DNA of 64,000 bases from a virus (IMGVR_UViG_3300042937_000753:1-64000); one strand, 5' to 3'; positions 48,926 to 59,019 are shown, counted from the first letter of the stretch. Program-made: numbers and translations. Notes: generated by a model not told the origin, from the letters alone.

Positions 48926-50911
48926 TTAAAATAAACTTAATTGGTTTACTCTTGGATCAAAGTTTTCTATTTCTTTGTTTACTTTGTCCAAATAGTAATC
49001 ATAGTTAATATTATATTGTTCAATGGATTTTTCTTCATGGTCAATATACAATGTCTGCATCCATTTACCTGCTTCAATTTGTATTTCTCTATTATCTGAC
49101 CTATGTGTTTTTATAATTTTGGAGCCTTCTTTAGACATAAAATAACGGAGTGTATGCTGTAATTTTTCAGTTTTATACTCACCCTTTACTACTTTATGTT
49201 CTATAAACTTCCAATCACCTTTTATCTTTACTCCACCACAAAAATCAAATATGTTATTATTTGATGTAATTGTAATCCAAGGTTCAATCCCATGTACAAA
49301 ATAATAAAACAATGTTTTGGATACAACTAGAAAGCTTTTGTTTTTATGAAGAGCTAAATTATGAAATTCAAACCTGCCTTTACACTTTGTATTGGCATAA
49401 TAGAACTTACCATTTTCTTCTTTAAAAAGATCATGTGGATATTCTTTCTTTAATTTTTCATACACATCTTTATTTACATCAGCATATTCAGAAACTGCTA
49501 TGTAGTTATTAACGTCACCAATAATAATCTTTTGGTAGGTTCCGTGTTCCAGTTGCAAGCTTGTAAGCTTTTCCCATTCAGCACATATTTCCATATACTG
49601 ATCTACATACTTCCTAGGAATAAGTGTTTCAAGACCATCTGTATTTTGCATTAGTGGAATTGCTCCGGGAATCTTTTCACAAATCATCTCATACAATATA
49701 CTAAGGCTAAGCTGACCATTGATTGTAATCTGCATACCAAACTGAGGATCATACAAAAAACTATTTTCATCTATACTCAAACCAAATGTTGAATTTAAAA
49801 TGATCTTATATACATAATTCTTTGGATCTTTCTTAGGTATCTTCTTTCTTTCTTCAAAGAACCATTCATACAGATTGCAAAAATCTTTTTTAGGTAAATG
49901 AGCTGGAGACCAACCATTTCTAATAGCAAGATTAGGATAATAACTAACAACATCTGATGTCATTATTACCATATCCTCGTTAGATGTATAAACACCACTT
50001 TCTTTAGCACCATGAATACCACCTAATCCATAATCAGTTTTGATACCTTTATATTGTACAGAATATTTAAAACCTCCTTTGGTTTCCCCAGGATATATAA
50101 CTACTTCATTGAACTTATTTAAAAGTCTTTGAAAAGTAGCAGTTTCAAACTTGATATAAGGAAGAATTATCTCTGATACATTTATTTGATTTCTTTTAGT
50201 TCTCATTTGTCTGAGTTCCCATTTCTTAATTCCAGTTTGCTTACTTAAAAAGTGTAAGAATAACTCTTTAGAAATTCTAGGCTCAGATGCTGAGAATAAA
50301 TCAATATCATATTCTTCTGTTAAAGTTTTTCTTAAATCAATCTGACTTTTACTCAGATACATAATTTGTTTAGTAGACTTAACATCATTAATACAATATT
50401 TTATAATTTCTGGAATCTGCTCTTTTGCAATATTTGTAGAATGGTGTATAGGCATATCAATGATATTCCTCCAATCCATACTAAATTGTATCCACTTAAG
50501 ACTAGATCTTTTAGCTGGGTTATCCCAGTGATTTAATTTAAATACATCTATCTGTCTAATACTTAATTGCTTAGGAGAAAATTCAGAAAATTCATTTCTA
50601 TTTTGACCATTAATAATATCTTGAGCTTTTCCATATAAAAATTCAGCTATAGTTTCACCATTCTGAATTAACAAATGCTCATGATTTCTTATAATATGCT
50701 CAGTAATTTGACTGTCAAAGCTTAGACCATTAAAACTAATGTGCCACTCATTTGCATCACGGTTCTTCTTTAGAAAGTTAACTAAGTCTTCTATGTCATT
50801 TTTAGATTCATGACAGACAAAAACTTCTTGATGTTCAGATTTTACATCTTCAAAAACTGCTATAAAACAGTTTGATAAAGTTTCATAATCCATTACCCAA
50901 TGTGTTCTCAT
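48926..50911 (-). CDS. polB: Family B DNA polymerase (crAss-like) with 3'-5' exonuclease domain
   Basis: ExoI DYET, ExoII FNGLSFD, ExoIII YCINDV; polymerase motifs SDVVSYYP, YKIILNSTFG, QNTDG; C-terminal QLSLF. Confidence 0.92.
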   Translation of the reverse strand: MRTHWVMDYETLSNCFIAVFEDVKSEHQEVFVCHESKNDIEDLVNFLKKNRDANEWHISFNGLSFDSQITEHIIRNHEHLLIQNGETIAEFLYGKAQDIINGQNRNEFSEFSPKQLSIRQIDVFKLNHWDNPAKRSSLKWIQFSMDWRNIIDMPIHHSTNIAKEQIPEIIKYCINDVKSTKQIMYLSKSQIDLRKTLTEEYDIDLFSASEPRISKELFLHFLSKQTGIKKWELRQMRTKRNQINVSEIILPYIKFETATFQRLLNKFNEVVIYPGETKGGFKYSVQYKGIKTDYGLGGIHGAKESGVYTSNEDMVIMTSDVVSYYPNLAIRNGWSPAHLPKKDFCNLYEWFFEERKKIPKKDPKNYVYKIILNSTFGLSIDENSFLYDPQFGMQITINGQLSLSILYEMICEKIPGAIPLMQNTDGLETLIPRKYVDQYMEICAEWEKLTSLQLEHGTYQKIIIGDVNNYIAVSEYADVNKDVYEKLKKEYPHDLFKEENGKFYYANTKCKGRFEFHNLALHKNKSFLVVSKTLFYYFVHGIEPWITITSNNNIFDFCGGVKIKGDWKFIEHKVVKGEYKTEKLQHTLRYFMSKEGSKIIKTHRSDNREIQIEAGKWMQTLYIDHEEKSIEQYNINYDYYLDKVNKEIENFDPRVNQLSLF

Positions 50912-50953
50912 AGGCTATATGTTCAGTTCAGCTGTTCCCCCTTTTAAGTTTAT

Positions 50954-50989
50954 AAAAAAAAGGAAGGTTACTATACTTCACCTTCCTTT
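50954..50989 (-). terminator. Rho-independent terminator upstream of polB
   Basis: Minus strand AAAGGAAGGT-N11-ACCTTCC followed by a T-run. Confidence 0.7.
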
Positions 50990-51036
50990 CCCCTTCTAAA
51001 TCATGTCATCCATTATCCATGGCGGGCACAACAATA

Positions 51037-51396
51037 TTACGCTTCTTCTGGAGAAGCTATCATAAACTTCTTATAATCAAATTTAGAATTAATACTCATT
51101 AGTTTAATCAACTCTTCAATTGCAGTATGATCCTCTACATAGAATTCTTGAAATACTTCAATTTTATGTCTTTCTTGCTTCAGGCCTTTGGTTCCAGTTA
51201 CTGGTTGACCATAATCATCAAGTTTAGGTAACATATGTAAAGAAGTTTTCGTGATTTTGGAAATAACCACCAACACTTTGGTTTCTGGGTCCATTATACA
51301 TTCTACATAGGGACATGATTCTGTAATTGGAATCATTCTAAAGGTTTGCTTTTCTTGCCATGTGGCTTGAACAAGCATCATTGATTTTTCACTCAT
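51037..51396 (-). CDS. Hypothetical protein (119 aa)
   Basis: ORF in operon orientation with A-rich start. Confidence 0.65.
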   Translation of the reverse strand: MSEKSMMLVQATWQEKQTFRMIPITESCPYVECIMDPETKVLVVISKITKTSLHMLPKLDDYGQPVTGTKGLKQERHKIEVFQEFYVEDHTAIEELIKLMSINSKFDYKKFMIASPEEA

Positions 51397-51412
51397 AATT
51401 GTTGGTTTTTAA

Positions 51413-51420
51413 CAAAGTTA
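51413..51420 (-). promoter_or_regulatory. Bacteroidota-type sigma-A -7 element TAACTTTG
   Basis: Exact match to TAnnTTTG in a 24-nt intergenic gap, 16 nt upstream of the ATG at 51396; only a weak TTTA at the -33 position. Confidence 0.5.
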
Positions 51421-51984
51421 TTAAATTATTTTTATGTTTTCTAAATCTGCTACCTCTATTAGTAAATTTTCTTTTTCTAAATTAGGTTTATCACAGAGTT
51501 CACCAACAGACTTGAGCATTGCTATGTCTACTCCAAGAATTTTTGCATATGTTTCATAATGTTTTTCAGGAAACAAATAACTCTCTACATAGGCATAGTT
51601 GCCACTTTTTTTATCAAAGAAATCTAAAATCTTGCGCTTTGTATTTAGTTCCATTTGACTATATTTTCCATTCATAAAGTGTACCCAATCAGTACTTAAA
51701 TCAGAAAAATTAAATGTTACAACTAGAGTTTCATCATCTACTTTAACAAGATCAATCAATCTATTATGTTTAAGAATTATGTTTTTCTCAAACTGTAGAT
51801 ATTCTTGATCTGTCCTGCAATGATAAACACATACTAGTTTCATATCCTCAGAGTGTACAGTTTTATTCCAACAAACATAAGTTTCTTTTGGAACAACACT
51901 TGTACCCCTTTTTATGCCCAAGAGCGGATAAATAAATATCTTGGACTTTTGGAAATATTTCCTATAAAGCGCATCAATTACCAT
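51421..51984 (-). CDS. Hypothetical protein (187 aa), typical neighbour of the crAss-like nuclease gene
   Basis: KSKIFIYPLLG..GKYS..VGELCDKP; tight operon packing. Confidence 0.6.
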   Translation of the reverse strand: MVIDALYRKYFQKSKIFIYPLLGIKRGTSVVPKETYVCWNKTVHSEDMKLVCVYHCRTDQEYLQFEKNIILKHNRLIDLVKVDDETLVVTFNFSDLSTDWVHFMNGKYSQMELNTKRKILDFFDKKSGNYAYVESYLFPEKHYETYAKILGVDIAMLKSVGELCDKPNLEKENLLIEVADLENIKII

Positions 51985-51988
51985 AATT

Positions 51989-53008
51989 TTACAATTTTAC
52001 ATTACCAACTGCTAAGTCATATGGTAGATCATATTTTTTATTCTCATAATGCCATTGAGCAATATCAAGAATTTTTCTAAAATCTTTTTTCCATAGTGAC
52101 ATAGATTCACTTGACACCTGGAATGGGTAAACTAAATTGTATTTGTCAATTACAATGAAAGTTACTTGAATATTCCATTGATGCTTGTCTGGTACATCAT
52201 TCAAAAACTTTTCTGCAGCTAGTACAAGATAGATAACAGCTTGTATCCAATACTTGTAGTATTCAACAGCTTCAGGAAAATCCTGAATTGATTTACCAGT
52301 TGTTTTTAAATCATTAACAAAGATTGTTTTAGATTCTTTGTCAACAACAACATTGTCAAGAAACCCGTGAAGTCCAAAAGGTAATTTATCATGATCTATT
52401 TTAATGTACAACTCATTAAAAACATCAATGTGATCATCTTCCTCAGTTTTGTCTAGCTGTAATAAAGCTCTTATATCTTTATTACTTTTCAGTATTTCAA
52501 CCTGTGCTTTGCAGCCGCTCAAAGTAGGTTCATCTACTACTGATCTGTCTAAACTATTTTTAAGGAATTCAAAATACTCTTTGTTCTCTTCAGTGAGAAT
52601 CTTGTCTAATCTTTGAGCATCTGTTTTAAGATTCTGATAAAGATTTGTTGTAAGTAGTTGTGTGAGTATATCTGTTGAGTAATCCTCCAAAAGTAATGAA
52701 TTATTTCCAATACTACAATGTATACGGAAAATAGTATCAATAATTTTTCTTTGACTGTCTGTAGGAAGTTTACCGGGTAAACTTATAAACTTTTTATCAT
52801 AGTTATCTGGTTCAAACAAGAGACAATGCAGGACACTCCCTCCTACGAGGTGAGCATCCTTACTATCTTCTCTTTGGTTGAGCACATAATGATTGTAGAA
52901 TAGTCCAGGTGAATAAAGTAATTTATTTAATCCACTATAACTGAAATAAAATTTGTTCTTATAGAACTTTTCTAGTTCATCAGAACCATTCAAAATTGTC
53001 TGTATCAT
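51989..53008 (-). CDS. PD-(D/E)XK exonuclease (RecE/ExoVIII-like)
   Basis: FSYSGL..GSVLHCLL..GFLDNVVVD..VNDLKTT..YWIQAVIY. Confidence 0.85.
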   Translation of the reverse strand: MIQTILNGSDELEKFYKNKFYFSYSGLNKLLYSPGLFYNHYVLNQREDSKDAHLVGGSVLHCLLFEPDNYDKKFISLPGKLPTDSQRKIIDTIFRIHCSIGNNSLLLEDYSTDILTQLLTTNLYQNLKTDAQRLDKILTEENKEYFEFLKNSLDRSVVDEPTLSGCKAQVEILKSNKDIRALLQLDKTEEDDHIDVFNELYIKIDHDKLPFGLHGFLDNVVVDKESKTIFVNDLKTTGKSIQDFPEAVEYYKYWIQAVIYLVLAAEKFLNDVPDKHQWNIQVTFIVIDKYNLVYPFQVSSESMSLWKKDFRKILDIAQWHYENKKYDLPYDLAVGNVKL

Positions 53009-54320
53009 TTGTTTGTGTTATTTGATGGTTATTTGATTCTTCTAATTCTTTATTTAACTCAGATTCGGAAACCGGATTTGATGCTTCTAATGCTATTAAC
53101 TCTGACTTGAGTTCATTTCTCTCTATTCTAGTAAATGAATCTTCTATGTCTTCATCAGTTATTTCAATGTCATTAGCAACCCCCGCAACCCCTGACGTGC
53201 TAGAAATAAGGACCTCTAAATCATCAAGGTTTTCTGGTACTTCAGCTTCAATAACAGCTTCAGGAATAAAATCTGGAAAGGTTTCATGAACATAGTTAGT
53301 ATTAAGAAGTTTTGCTGCTTCTTCATTAAGAGTTACACTTTTTACTTCAAAGTATTTAGTGCCTCCTTGATCAGCAATTTCTTGACCATAATGCTTCATG
53401 ATAGCATCTACTTTTTCTAGATCAAAAACATCTTTTGCAATAAGAGATTCCACTATATCATCAATATTAGTGCCCATATAACTCTTATCTTTATTTAGAA
53501 AACTAATTAAAGATTTAAAATTCACATGGTTTCTAGTACGGCAGTTACTCATGTGACCAGAATATTTCTCAAATAGCATTTCAATATAAAGCAAACTATC
53601 TATATAATTACAATTAGCCATAATTTCCATTGCAAGAATATGATTATCCTGATCTGAGCTATTAAACATGTCACTGATCTGTAAGAACATAGTATTATCT
53701 ATAGTAGCTGCATCATCTCCATTGATATGTTTAAGTAACTTACTCTCATTAAAAAGATCAAGTGACATAAGTCCTGGAAATAGATCTTTATGCTCTTCAT
53801 CAACAGTATAATAAACATTAGATGATCTTAGTATATCTCCTGCAATTTTATCAAGTATATCTAAAGTACTATTTCTCAATGTAGATGCAGAACTATACTC
53901 AACAACTACAATAGGTTCTGTGTAAAACTCTAAAGCTTGTCTTAAGTTTTCTCTATAATGATCATCCATTATACCCTCGGAATTATCAACTATATCTCTT
54001 AAAACCTGAGTATCTAAATCATAATACCAATGATTATTTACTAACTTGTCTTTAGTATTCTTACCACAAAATACATGAGTAGCTTCATTAATATCTCTAA
54101 CAGTTTTAATACCGTGTTGTAAAGTTAAATCTTTCAATTTTACTCTTGGGATATTTACACCAGGAAGAAAATAAAGCTTATCTCCTTTTGTAGGAGTATA
54201 ATCTTTATCATTAACTGGTAAAAAACTCTCTCTTTCATCAGCACAAAATAAAGGTTCAACCTTCATTATTAGCTCATTTTCATTTACATCCACATCATGA
54301 ATAAACAAGTATGTTTTCAT
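52980..54320 (-). CDS. Hypothetical protein (446 aa), possible BRCT-like N-terminal segment, acidic tail
   Basis: KLYFLPG..LTLQHGIKTVRDINEATHVFC weakly resembles BRCT; directly downstream of the MoxR/VWA pair. Confidence 0.55.
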   Translation of the reverse strand: MKTYLFIHDVDVNENELIMKVEPLFCADERESFLPVNDKDYTPTKGDKLYFLPGVNIPRVKLKDLTLQHGIKTVRDINEATHVFCGKNTKDKLVNNHWYYDLDTQVLRDIVDNSEGIMDDHYRENLRQALEFYTEPIVVVEYSSASTLRNSTLDILDKIAGDILRSSNVYYTVDEEHKDLFPGLMSLDLFNESKLLKHINGDDAATIDNTMFLQISDMFNSSDQDNHILAMEIMANCNYIDSLLYIEMLFEKYSGHMSNCRTRNHVNFKSLISFLNKDKSYMGTNIDDIVESLIAKDVFDLEKVDAIMKHYGQEIADQGGTKYFEVKSVTLNEEAAKLLNTNYVHETFPDFIPEAVIEAEVPENLDDLEVLISSTSGVAGVANDIEITDEDIEDSFTRIERNELKSELIALEASNPVSESELNKELEESNNHQITQTNDTDNFEWF

Positions 54321-54332
54321 TTTTTAAAGTTT

Positions 54333-54357
54333 AAAAAAGGGAGTTTTACCTCCCTTT
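54333..54357 (-). terminator. Terminator hairpin downstream of the MoxR ATPase gene
   Basis: Minus strand AAAGGGAG-gtaaaa-CTCCC followed by T6; a second weaker hairpin lies at 54390-54408. Confidence 0.65.
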
Positions 54358-54416
54358 ATGTTTGTTTTTAATTAAAATAGTGTAAAAATAAAAGGGGAAA
54401 ACCCTTTATGTTTCAT

Positions 54417-55586
54417 TTACTTGACAGCCATCTTCACCACCTCTTGATTCATCATTAGTTGTGAGAATTTAACTTTGTTTCCATTAACAATCTCTTTGAC
54501 CATATAATATCTTAAGTCATTGGTAAATGCATCACAGTCTGTAGTAAGCTTGGCAATTCTATCAATCATTGGTTTACCTACAGAACCTTTATCAGCAACA
54601 GTAAGAGAATAATTTATTATTCTTGTTGCAATAATACTTGAAATATCTGCACGGAACTCGTTATCTTTTCCTACTGCATTAGTAAGAGAGTTCATGACAT
54701 ACTGCTCATCTTTAGTTAGGATGTCCGCAGGACTAATAATTCTGTCAAGTTTGTTATTAATAAACATAGTAAACATTGAACTAAAATCAGGACCTACTGA
54801 ACCCTCACCAATCATTTGTATCATAGGTAAGTTATCTTCAAATTTAGGAATAGAACTAATAGCATTAAAAAATGTAGTAATAGCTCTAGGATTAATTCTT
54901 TGAGTTACCAATTCCGGGTGCATCAACATAAAGTTAATACATCTGCCATCTATTCCTGATTTCTCTGCCCACTTAGCCCATACATCAGAATCATACTTTA
55001 ACTCTACAGAGATAAATCTAGTCTTCTGAGCAACATCTAAAGAAGTTACATTGTAATCACCATTGTCCGGATTAGTAGTCAAGATAACATGCCAGTTCTT
55101 TGGTAATTTCCAAGAAACATATTCTTGTCTATCCAAGATCTCCATCGTAGCTTGCATGAATCTTTGATCAGCTCTAGTATAGTCATCTAAGATTAAGAAA
55201 CCACCTTCTCCTTTACCCTGAATCCATTCAGGAGCAGCATGTGACATTCTTTTTCCAACAACTTTATAACCTTTTGCACTTGCTGCAGGTATCTGAGATT
55301 CATTAATCCAAGTAGATTTACCCTCTGCATTCTGGATCTGAAATTCTTTAACAGGAAAACCAACCAAGTCACCTAATTCTTCTAACTGAGATAAATTAAG
55401 TTTTACAACTTCCATAGCCATCTCTTTACCTAATTGCATTAATGCTGAAGTCTTACCAAGACCAGCATCACCTTCTATATTAATTGCTACAGGAACTTTA
55501 CCGTCCTTTTGAATGTGTTGGTTATTACCAACCATATGCTTAATAAAATTCTTTAACTCTTCAACATTTAATTGTACTTGACTCAT
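54417..55586 (-). CDS. MoxR-like AAA+ ATPase
   Basis: Walker A GDAGLGKT, Walker B LILDDYTR, sensor TTNP, AQKTRF; adjacent to the VWA gene. Confidence 0.88.
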   Translation of the reverse strand: MSQVQLNVEELKNFIKHMVGNNQHIQKDGKVPVAINIEGDAGLGKTSALMQLGKEMAMEVVKLNLSQLEELGDLVGFPVKEFQIQNAEGKSTWINESQIPAASAKGYKVVGKRMSHAAPEWIQGKGEGGFLILDDYTRADQRFMQATMEILDRQEYVSWKLPKNWHVILTTNPDNGDYNVTSLDVAQKTRFISVELKYDSDVWAKWAEKSGIDGRCINFMLMHPELVTQRINPRAITTFFNAISSIPKFEDNLPMIQMIGEGSVGPDFSSMFTMFINNKLDRIISPADILTKDEQYVMNSLTNAVGKDNEFRADISSIIATRIINYSLTVADKGSVGKPMIDRIAKLTTDCDAFTNDLRYYMVKEIVNGNKVKFSQLMMNQEVVKMAVK

Positions 55587-55598
55587 AATTTTTCTTTT

Positions 55599-56906
55599 TT
55601 ATAGTTCTAATTTAATCACTTTTCCTGGTAAACTTTCATTCATATAAGATTGTTCTGACAAAACCCATAGAACATTTCCTCTAGGTTTTACATCTGCTCT
55701 ACATTCACCATCTGTAAAATACACCAGGCTTGTATATTTATTTAGGTTTACATTAAAATACTCTAGGACGGGATCAAATTCAGTCCCACCTCTACCTTGT
55801 ATTGCCATTTCAAATTTACCTTTATAAGGTTCAATTGATCTGATACTTGTATCACATTGTATAACGGTAATATCAACACCACATTTAAAAATATGATGCA
55901 TCTCTCCCATAAATTCTCTAAGTTCGTTATCACTTACAGATCCAGAAGTATCAATAGCCAACAACATGTGTTGTCTCATCTTTACTTTAAGACCAGGATT
56001 AGCATCAAATCTCTTGTTTTCCTTCCTTCTAATTTTCTTAGTGAATACTTTAGTACTTATACCAGTAAATCTTCTAATGTATCCTCTCCAATCAAATTTA
56101 GGTTTAACAATTTCTTCAATAATAATAACTCCATCAATTTCTCCAGGAACAGTGCCTCTTTTCTTAACAGTTTGCTCTTTAGCATCTGAAAGTACTTTTT
56201 GTAATTGTCTATCAATTAACTTTTGCTCTGCTTCAGTAAGATCTTCAAACTCATCCCATGTACCGTGATCAGGAATATTACCAGATTCTATATTATCTAG
56301 TAATTCATCCATTGCATCACATCCACAAGTTCCATTCTCCTGTTTTTCCTGTTTTGCTTCTCTAAGCTTATCATAGTAATATCTACAACCAGCTCTAGTA
56401 TCAAGATTCATCTCATCATAATCTTCAATCATGATACCTCTAGACGGAAGTTTACTTGCAATAACTTGCAATTCTTCCTGAGTAGCATTATTTTCCTTAG
56501 CACTCTTTAATTCAGATACTATACTTGCTTTAAGAGTATCAAACTCTTCTTTAGTATAATCTCCACCTGGAAGCCAAGAATTATCAATATACTGATTAAT
56601 TTCCATATCCATTGCAACATTAGCAAGTTTTCTATCAGAAAACTTAAAAAATGTGGTTAAGTGACCAAAAGCAATGTGTAATAATTCATGCTTTAACAAA
56701 CCAAGTTTGTTTAATTCAGATAAACTTTCCCAAAATGTAGGATTAATTGCAAGTTGGTAATTAATACCATTCTTACTTACTCCTGCAGTAGGAACACGTT
56801 TACCGTCCCAAACTTTGTTTAGCATAAGAAGAAAGAATCCATAATAGGGCTCTTTCAACATAAGCTCTTTTGCAATTTTGCTAAGACTTTCTTGTTTGTC
56901 CATCAA
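55599..56906 (-). CDS. Metallopeptidase-VWA domain protein (DUF2201-like)
   Basis: LKHELLH (HExxH)..NVAMDMEIN; MIDAS motif IDTSGS; GRGGTEF; YFTDG. Confidence 0.88.
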   Translation of the reverse strand: MMDKQESLSKIAKELMLKEPYYGFFLLMLNKVWDGKRVPTAGVSKNGINYQLAINPTFWESLSELNKLGLLKHELLHIAFGHLTTFFKFSDRKLANVAMDMEINQYIDNSWLPGGDYTKEEFDTLKASIVSELKSAKENNATQEELQVIASKLPSRGIMIEDYDEMNLDTRAGCRYYYDKLREAKQEKQENGTCGCDAMDELLDNIESGNIPDHGTWDEFEDLTEAEQKLIDRQLQKVLSDAKEQTVKKRGTVPGEIDGVIIIEEIVKPKFDWRGYIRRFTGISTKVFTKKIRRKENKRFDANPGLKVKMRQHMLLAIDTSGSVSDNELREFMGEMHHIFKCGVDITVIQCDTSIRSIEPYKGKFEMAIQGRGGTEFDPVLEYFNVNLNKYTSLVYFTDGECRADVKPRGNVLWVLSEQSYMNESLPGKVIKLEL

Positions 56907-57298
56907 TCTTTTAATTTAATTTGTATTTCAAATTTGTCTGTAGGATAGCCAATAGATTCTAACATCCTTGACATATCCCTAATAAAGAATTCCATAAATA
57001 GCTCAACCGAAGCTTTAGAACCTTTGTTTTGTGTAATCCAACACAGAGTTTTAGGACTTGTAAGAGGAGTTTTGTCTGTAATATCTAACAACTTAGTTGC
57101 TATCTTCTTACAATTTAACATCCAGTTTTCCATAGTGTGTCCACCAAACTTATAGAGAACTAATAGTTCTCCTACATACTTTTTAAAATCAACATTCTTT
57201 AAAGTCTCAAATGCTATGATGTGATTATCTGCATCTTCAGATTTCAACATCATAATTAGATTTCTTGTTTCTTCTTTGTCAAAAATCATTTTTGCCAT
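56903..57298 (-). CDS. Hypothetical protein (131 aa)
   Basis: Overlap-coupled ORF; MLKSEDADNHIIAFE resembles MFNSSDQDNHILAME in the 446-aa protein. Confidence 0.65.
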   Translation of the reverse strand: MAKMIFDKEETRNLIMMLKSEDADNHIIAFETLKNVDFKKYVGELLVLYKFGGHTMENWMLNCKKIATKLLDITDKTPLTSPKTLCWITQNKGSKASVELFMEFFIRDMSRMLESIGYPTDKFEIQIKLKD

Positions 57299-57489
57299 TA
57301 TACTTCAGTTTTTAAGTATTCATCATCTAAACAATCTAATTCCATTAAGGAATTGTTTAAATCTATCATAGTCATGTATGCAGGATTATTTAACCTAGCA
57401 TTATCCATATCATAATTAGCCTCTAACAGCTCTATAGCTTCATTAACTAAAGCTTCTACTTTTTCTTTAATTTGTTCTACTCTATCCAT
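57298..57489 (-). CDS. Hypothetical protein (63 aa)
   Basis: TAATG-coupled on both sides. Confidence 0.6.
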   Translation of the reverse strand: MDRVEQIKEKVEALVNEAIELLEANYDMDNARLNNPAYMTMIDLNNSLMELDCLDDEYLKTEV

Positions 57490-57920
57490 TACTTTTCTGT
57501 TTTAGATTCAACTATTTTAATTAACTTTTCTAGACAAGCAAGTTCTGCTTCTTCGTAAGAATTATAAGGACTTGTTCCACCTGTTTTCCAAGTATAATAG
57601 CCCCAAAAATCAGCACCTGCTACATTTTTATAGACATAATTATGTAACCCATACTTCTCTCTAAACCATCTAAATGCTTGTGAGAATGTTGCTGCTAAAA
57701 TAACATCATCTTCAATTGTCCAGCAGTTAGGTTGATCTGACTCAGTATCATTAAAGATTATATCTTCACCTTCAAAATTTAATTTAATAGTTGGATATAT
57801 TAATGTCCTTAAATCATCATCATTTACTGGATTTGTATTATAACCAGCAAAACAAGATTCATCAAATCCAAGTTCTTTTAAAGCTAATGCTTCTGTATAA
57901 GGTATAAATTCTTTTTCCAT
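57489..57920 (-). CDS. Hypothetical phage protein (143 aa)
   Basis: EFIPYTEALALKELGFDE..QAFRWFREKYG..SYEEAE; overlap-coupled. Confidence 0.65.
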   Translation of the reverse strand: MEKEFIPYTEALALKELGFDESCFAGYNTNPVNDDDLRTLIYPTIKLNFEGEDIIFNDTESDQPNCWTIEDDVILAATFSQAFRWFREKYGLHNYVYKNVAGADFWGYYTWKTGGTSPYNSYEEAELACLEKLIKIVESKTEK

Positions 57921-58267
57921 CAGTCTTCAATTTTTAAAGTTTTAATTGCCCATTTCTCAGGCTTACCACTTGCAATCATATCCACCCATTCCTTTGCTGT
58001 TGGAATGTAATTGTTGCAGTCTTCTTTGATATGCTGTTCAGCAACATATCTAGTGTATACAGTTTTACCAGCAGAGTTAAGAAAAGATACACCAAAAACT
58101 TTTTCACATTCAAAGATACCTTCACTATGGTGACGGAACATTCTATGCATGCTATGACCTATCCATGATTTTGTAGCATCAAACCACTCATGAATATGAT
58201 GATAATTTTCAGGTATTCCTCCAAACTTTTTAGCTGATGATTTTGAATGTTGATAAGGATGTGCCAT
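57920..58267 (-). CDS. DUF6915-like protein
   Basis: MAHPYQHSKSSAKKFGG..IHEWFD..HRMFRHHSEG..AEQHIKED; His-rich. Confidence 0.65.
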   Translation of the reverse strand: MAHPYQHSKSSAKKFGGIPENYHHIHEWFDATKSWIGHSMHRMFRHHSEGIFECEKVFGVSFLNSAGKTVYTRYVAEQHIKEDCNNYIPTAKEWVDMIASGKPEKWAIKTLKIED

Positions 58268-58434
58268 TACATTTTGTATGTTATATGATCAATAATCTCA
58301 TGTTTTGCTTCAGCATAACCTAAACCATAAGAATCTTCATATAAAATTTCTACTTTTTCAAGTATTTCTCTTTTTAATTCATCTGTTAATGTTTGAGTCT
58401 CTAAGTCCTCTAACCAATCTTGAAAATCTTCCAT
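58267..58434 (-). CDS. Small acidic hypothetical protein (55 aa), missed by ORF track
   Basis: MEDFQDWLEDLETQTLTDELKREILEKVEILYEDSYGLGYAEAKHEIIDHITYKM*; TAATG overlaps at both ends fill the gap exactly. Confidence 0.75.
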   Translation of the reverse strand: MEDFQDWLEDLETQTLTDELKREILEKVEILYEDSYGLGYAEAKHEIIDHITYKM

Positions 58435-58619
58435 TATTTCTTTTTTAAATATTCAATAACTCTTTCCCAGTAACTTTTAGCTTTCATTCTTCCATCTCTA
58501 AATGGTGCTAAGGCATGTGTTGCTTTAGCTGTATTTAAAGCTTCTTCTTTAGCTTTTTCAGTTCCATGTAGAACACGTGCATAATTATACAGTTCATCAG
58601 CTTTTTTTTCTTCAGTCAT
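58434..58619 (-). CDS. Hypothetical protein (61 aa)
   Basis: Overlap-coupled small ORF. Confidence 0.6.
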   Translation of the reverse strand: MTEEKKADELYNYARVLHGTEKAKEEALNTAKATHALAPFRDGRMKAKSYWERVIEYLKKK

Positions 58620-59019
58620 TTTCTGCTTTTTCTAGTAAACTACCATCATGAAAATAATCTTCTGTCTCAGTAACTCTTACATGATTATTAACAAAATATT
58701 TTCCTGAAGGAATACATATACATAAATCTCCAAAGCCACCTTCATTATTCCACCAGTCTTCTATATCATTAAGAATAGTTTCTTGTGCAAATTCTTCAAT
58801 TAAAGAATAAGCACTTGAATCCAACTCTGCTAAATTTGAATCATTTTCCCAATCATCTATATTATCATTTACATCTCCTGGAGTATCACACTTTTCTGTT
58901 GTATATCCAATCCATTCTATGGCACCGGAGTCTCCTCCACCATCATATTTTACTTTAATACCTGTAATACCAAGGTCAGCCAACTTAAATAGAAGGCCTG
59001 TCATTTCATTTTCTGTCAT
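58612..59019 (-). CDS. DUF6878-like protein
   Basis: LGITGIKVKYDGGGDSGAIE..DWWNNEGGFG pattern. Confidence 0.6.
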   Translation of the reverse strand: MTENEMTGLLFKLADLGITGIKVKYDGGGDSGAIEWIGYTTEKCDTPGDVNDNIDDWENDSNLAELDSSAYSLIEEFAQETILNDIEDWWNNEGGFGDLCICIPSGKYFVNNHVRVTETEDYFHDGSLLEKAEND

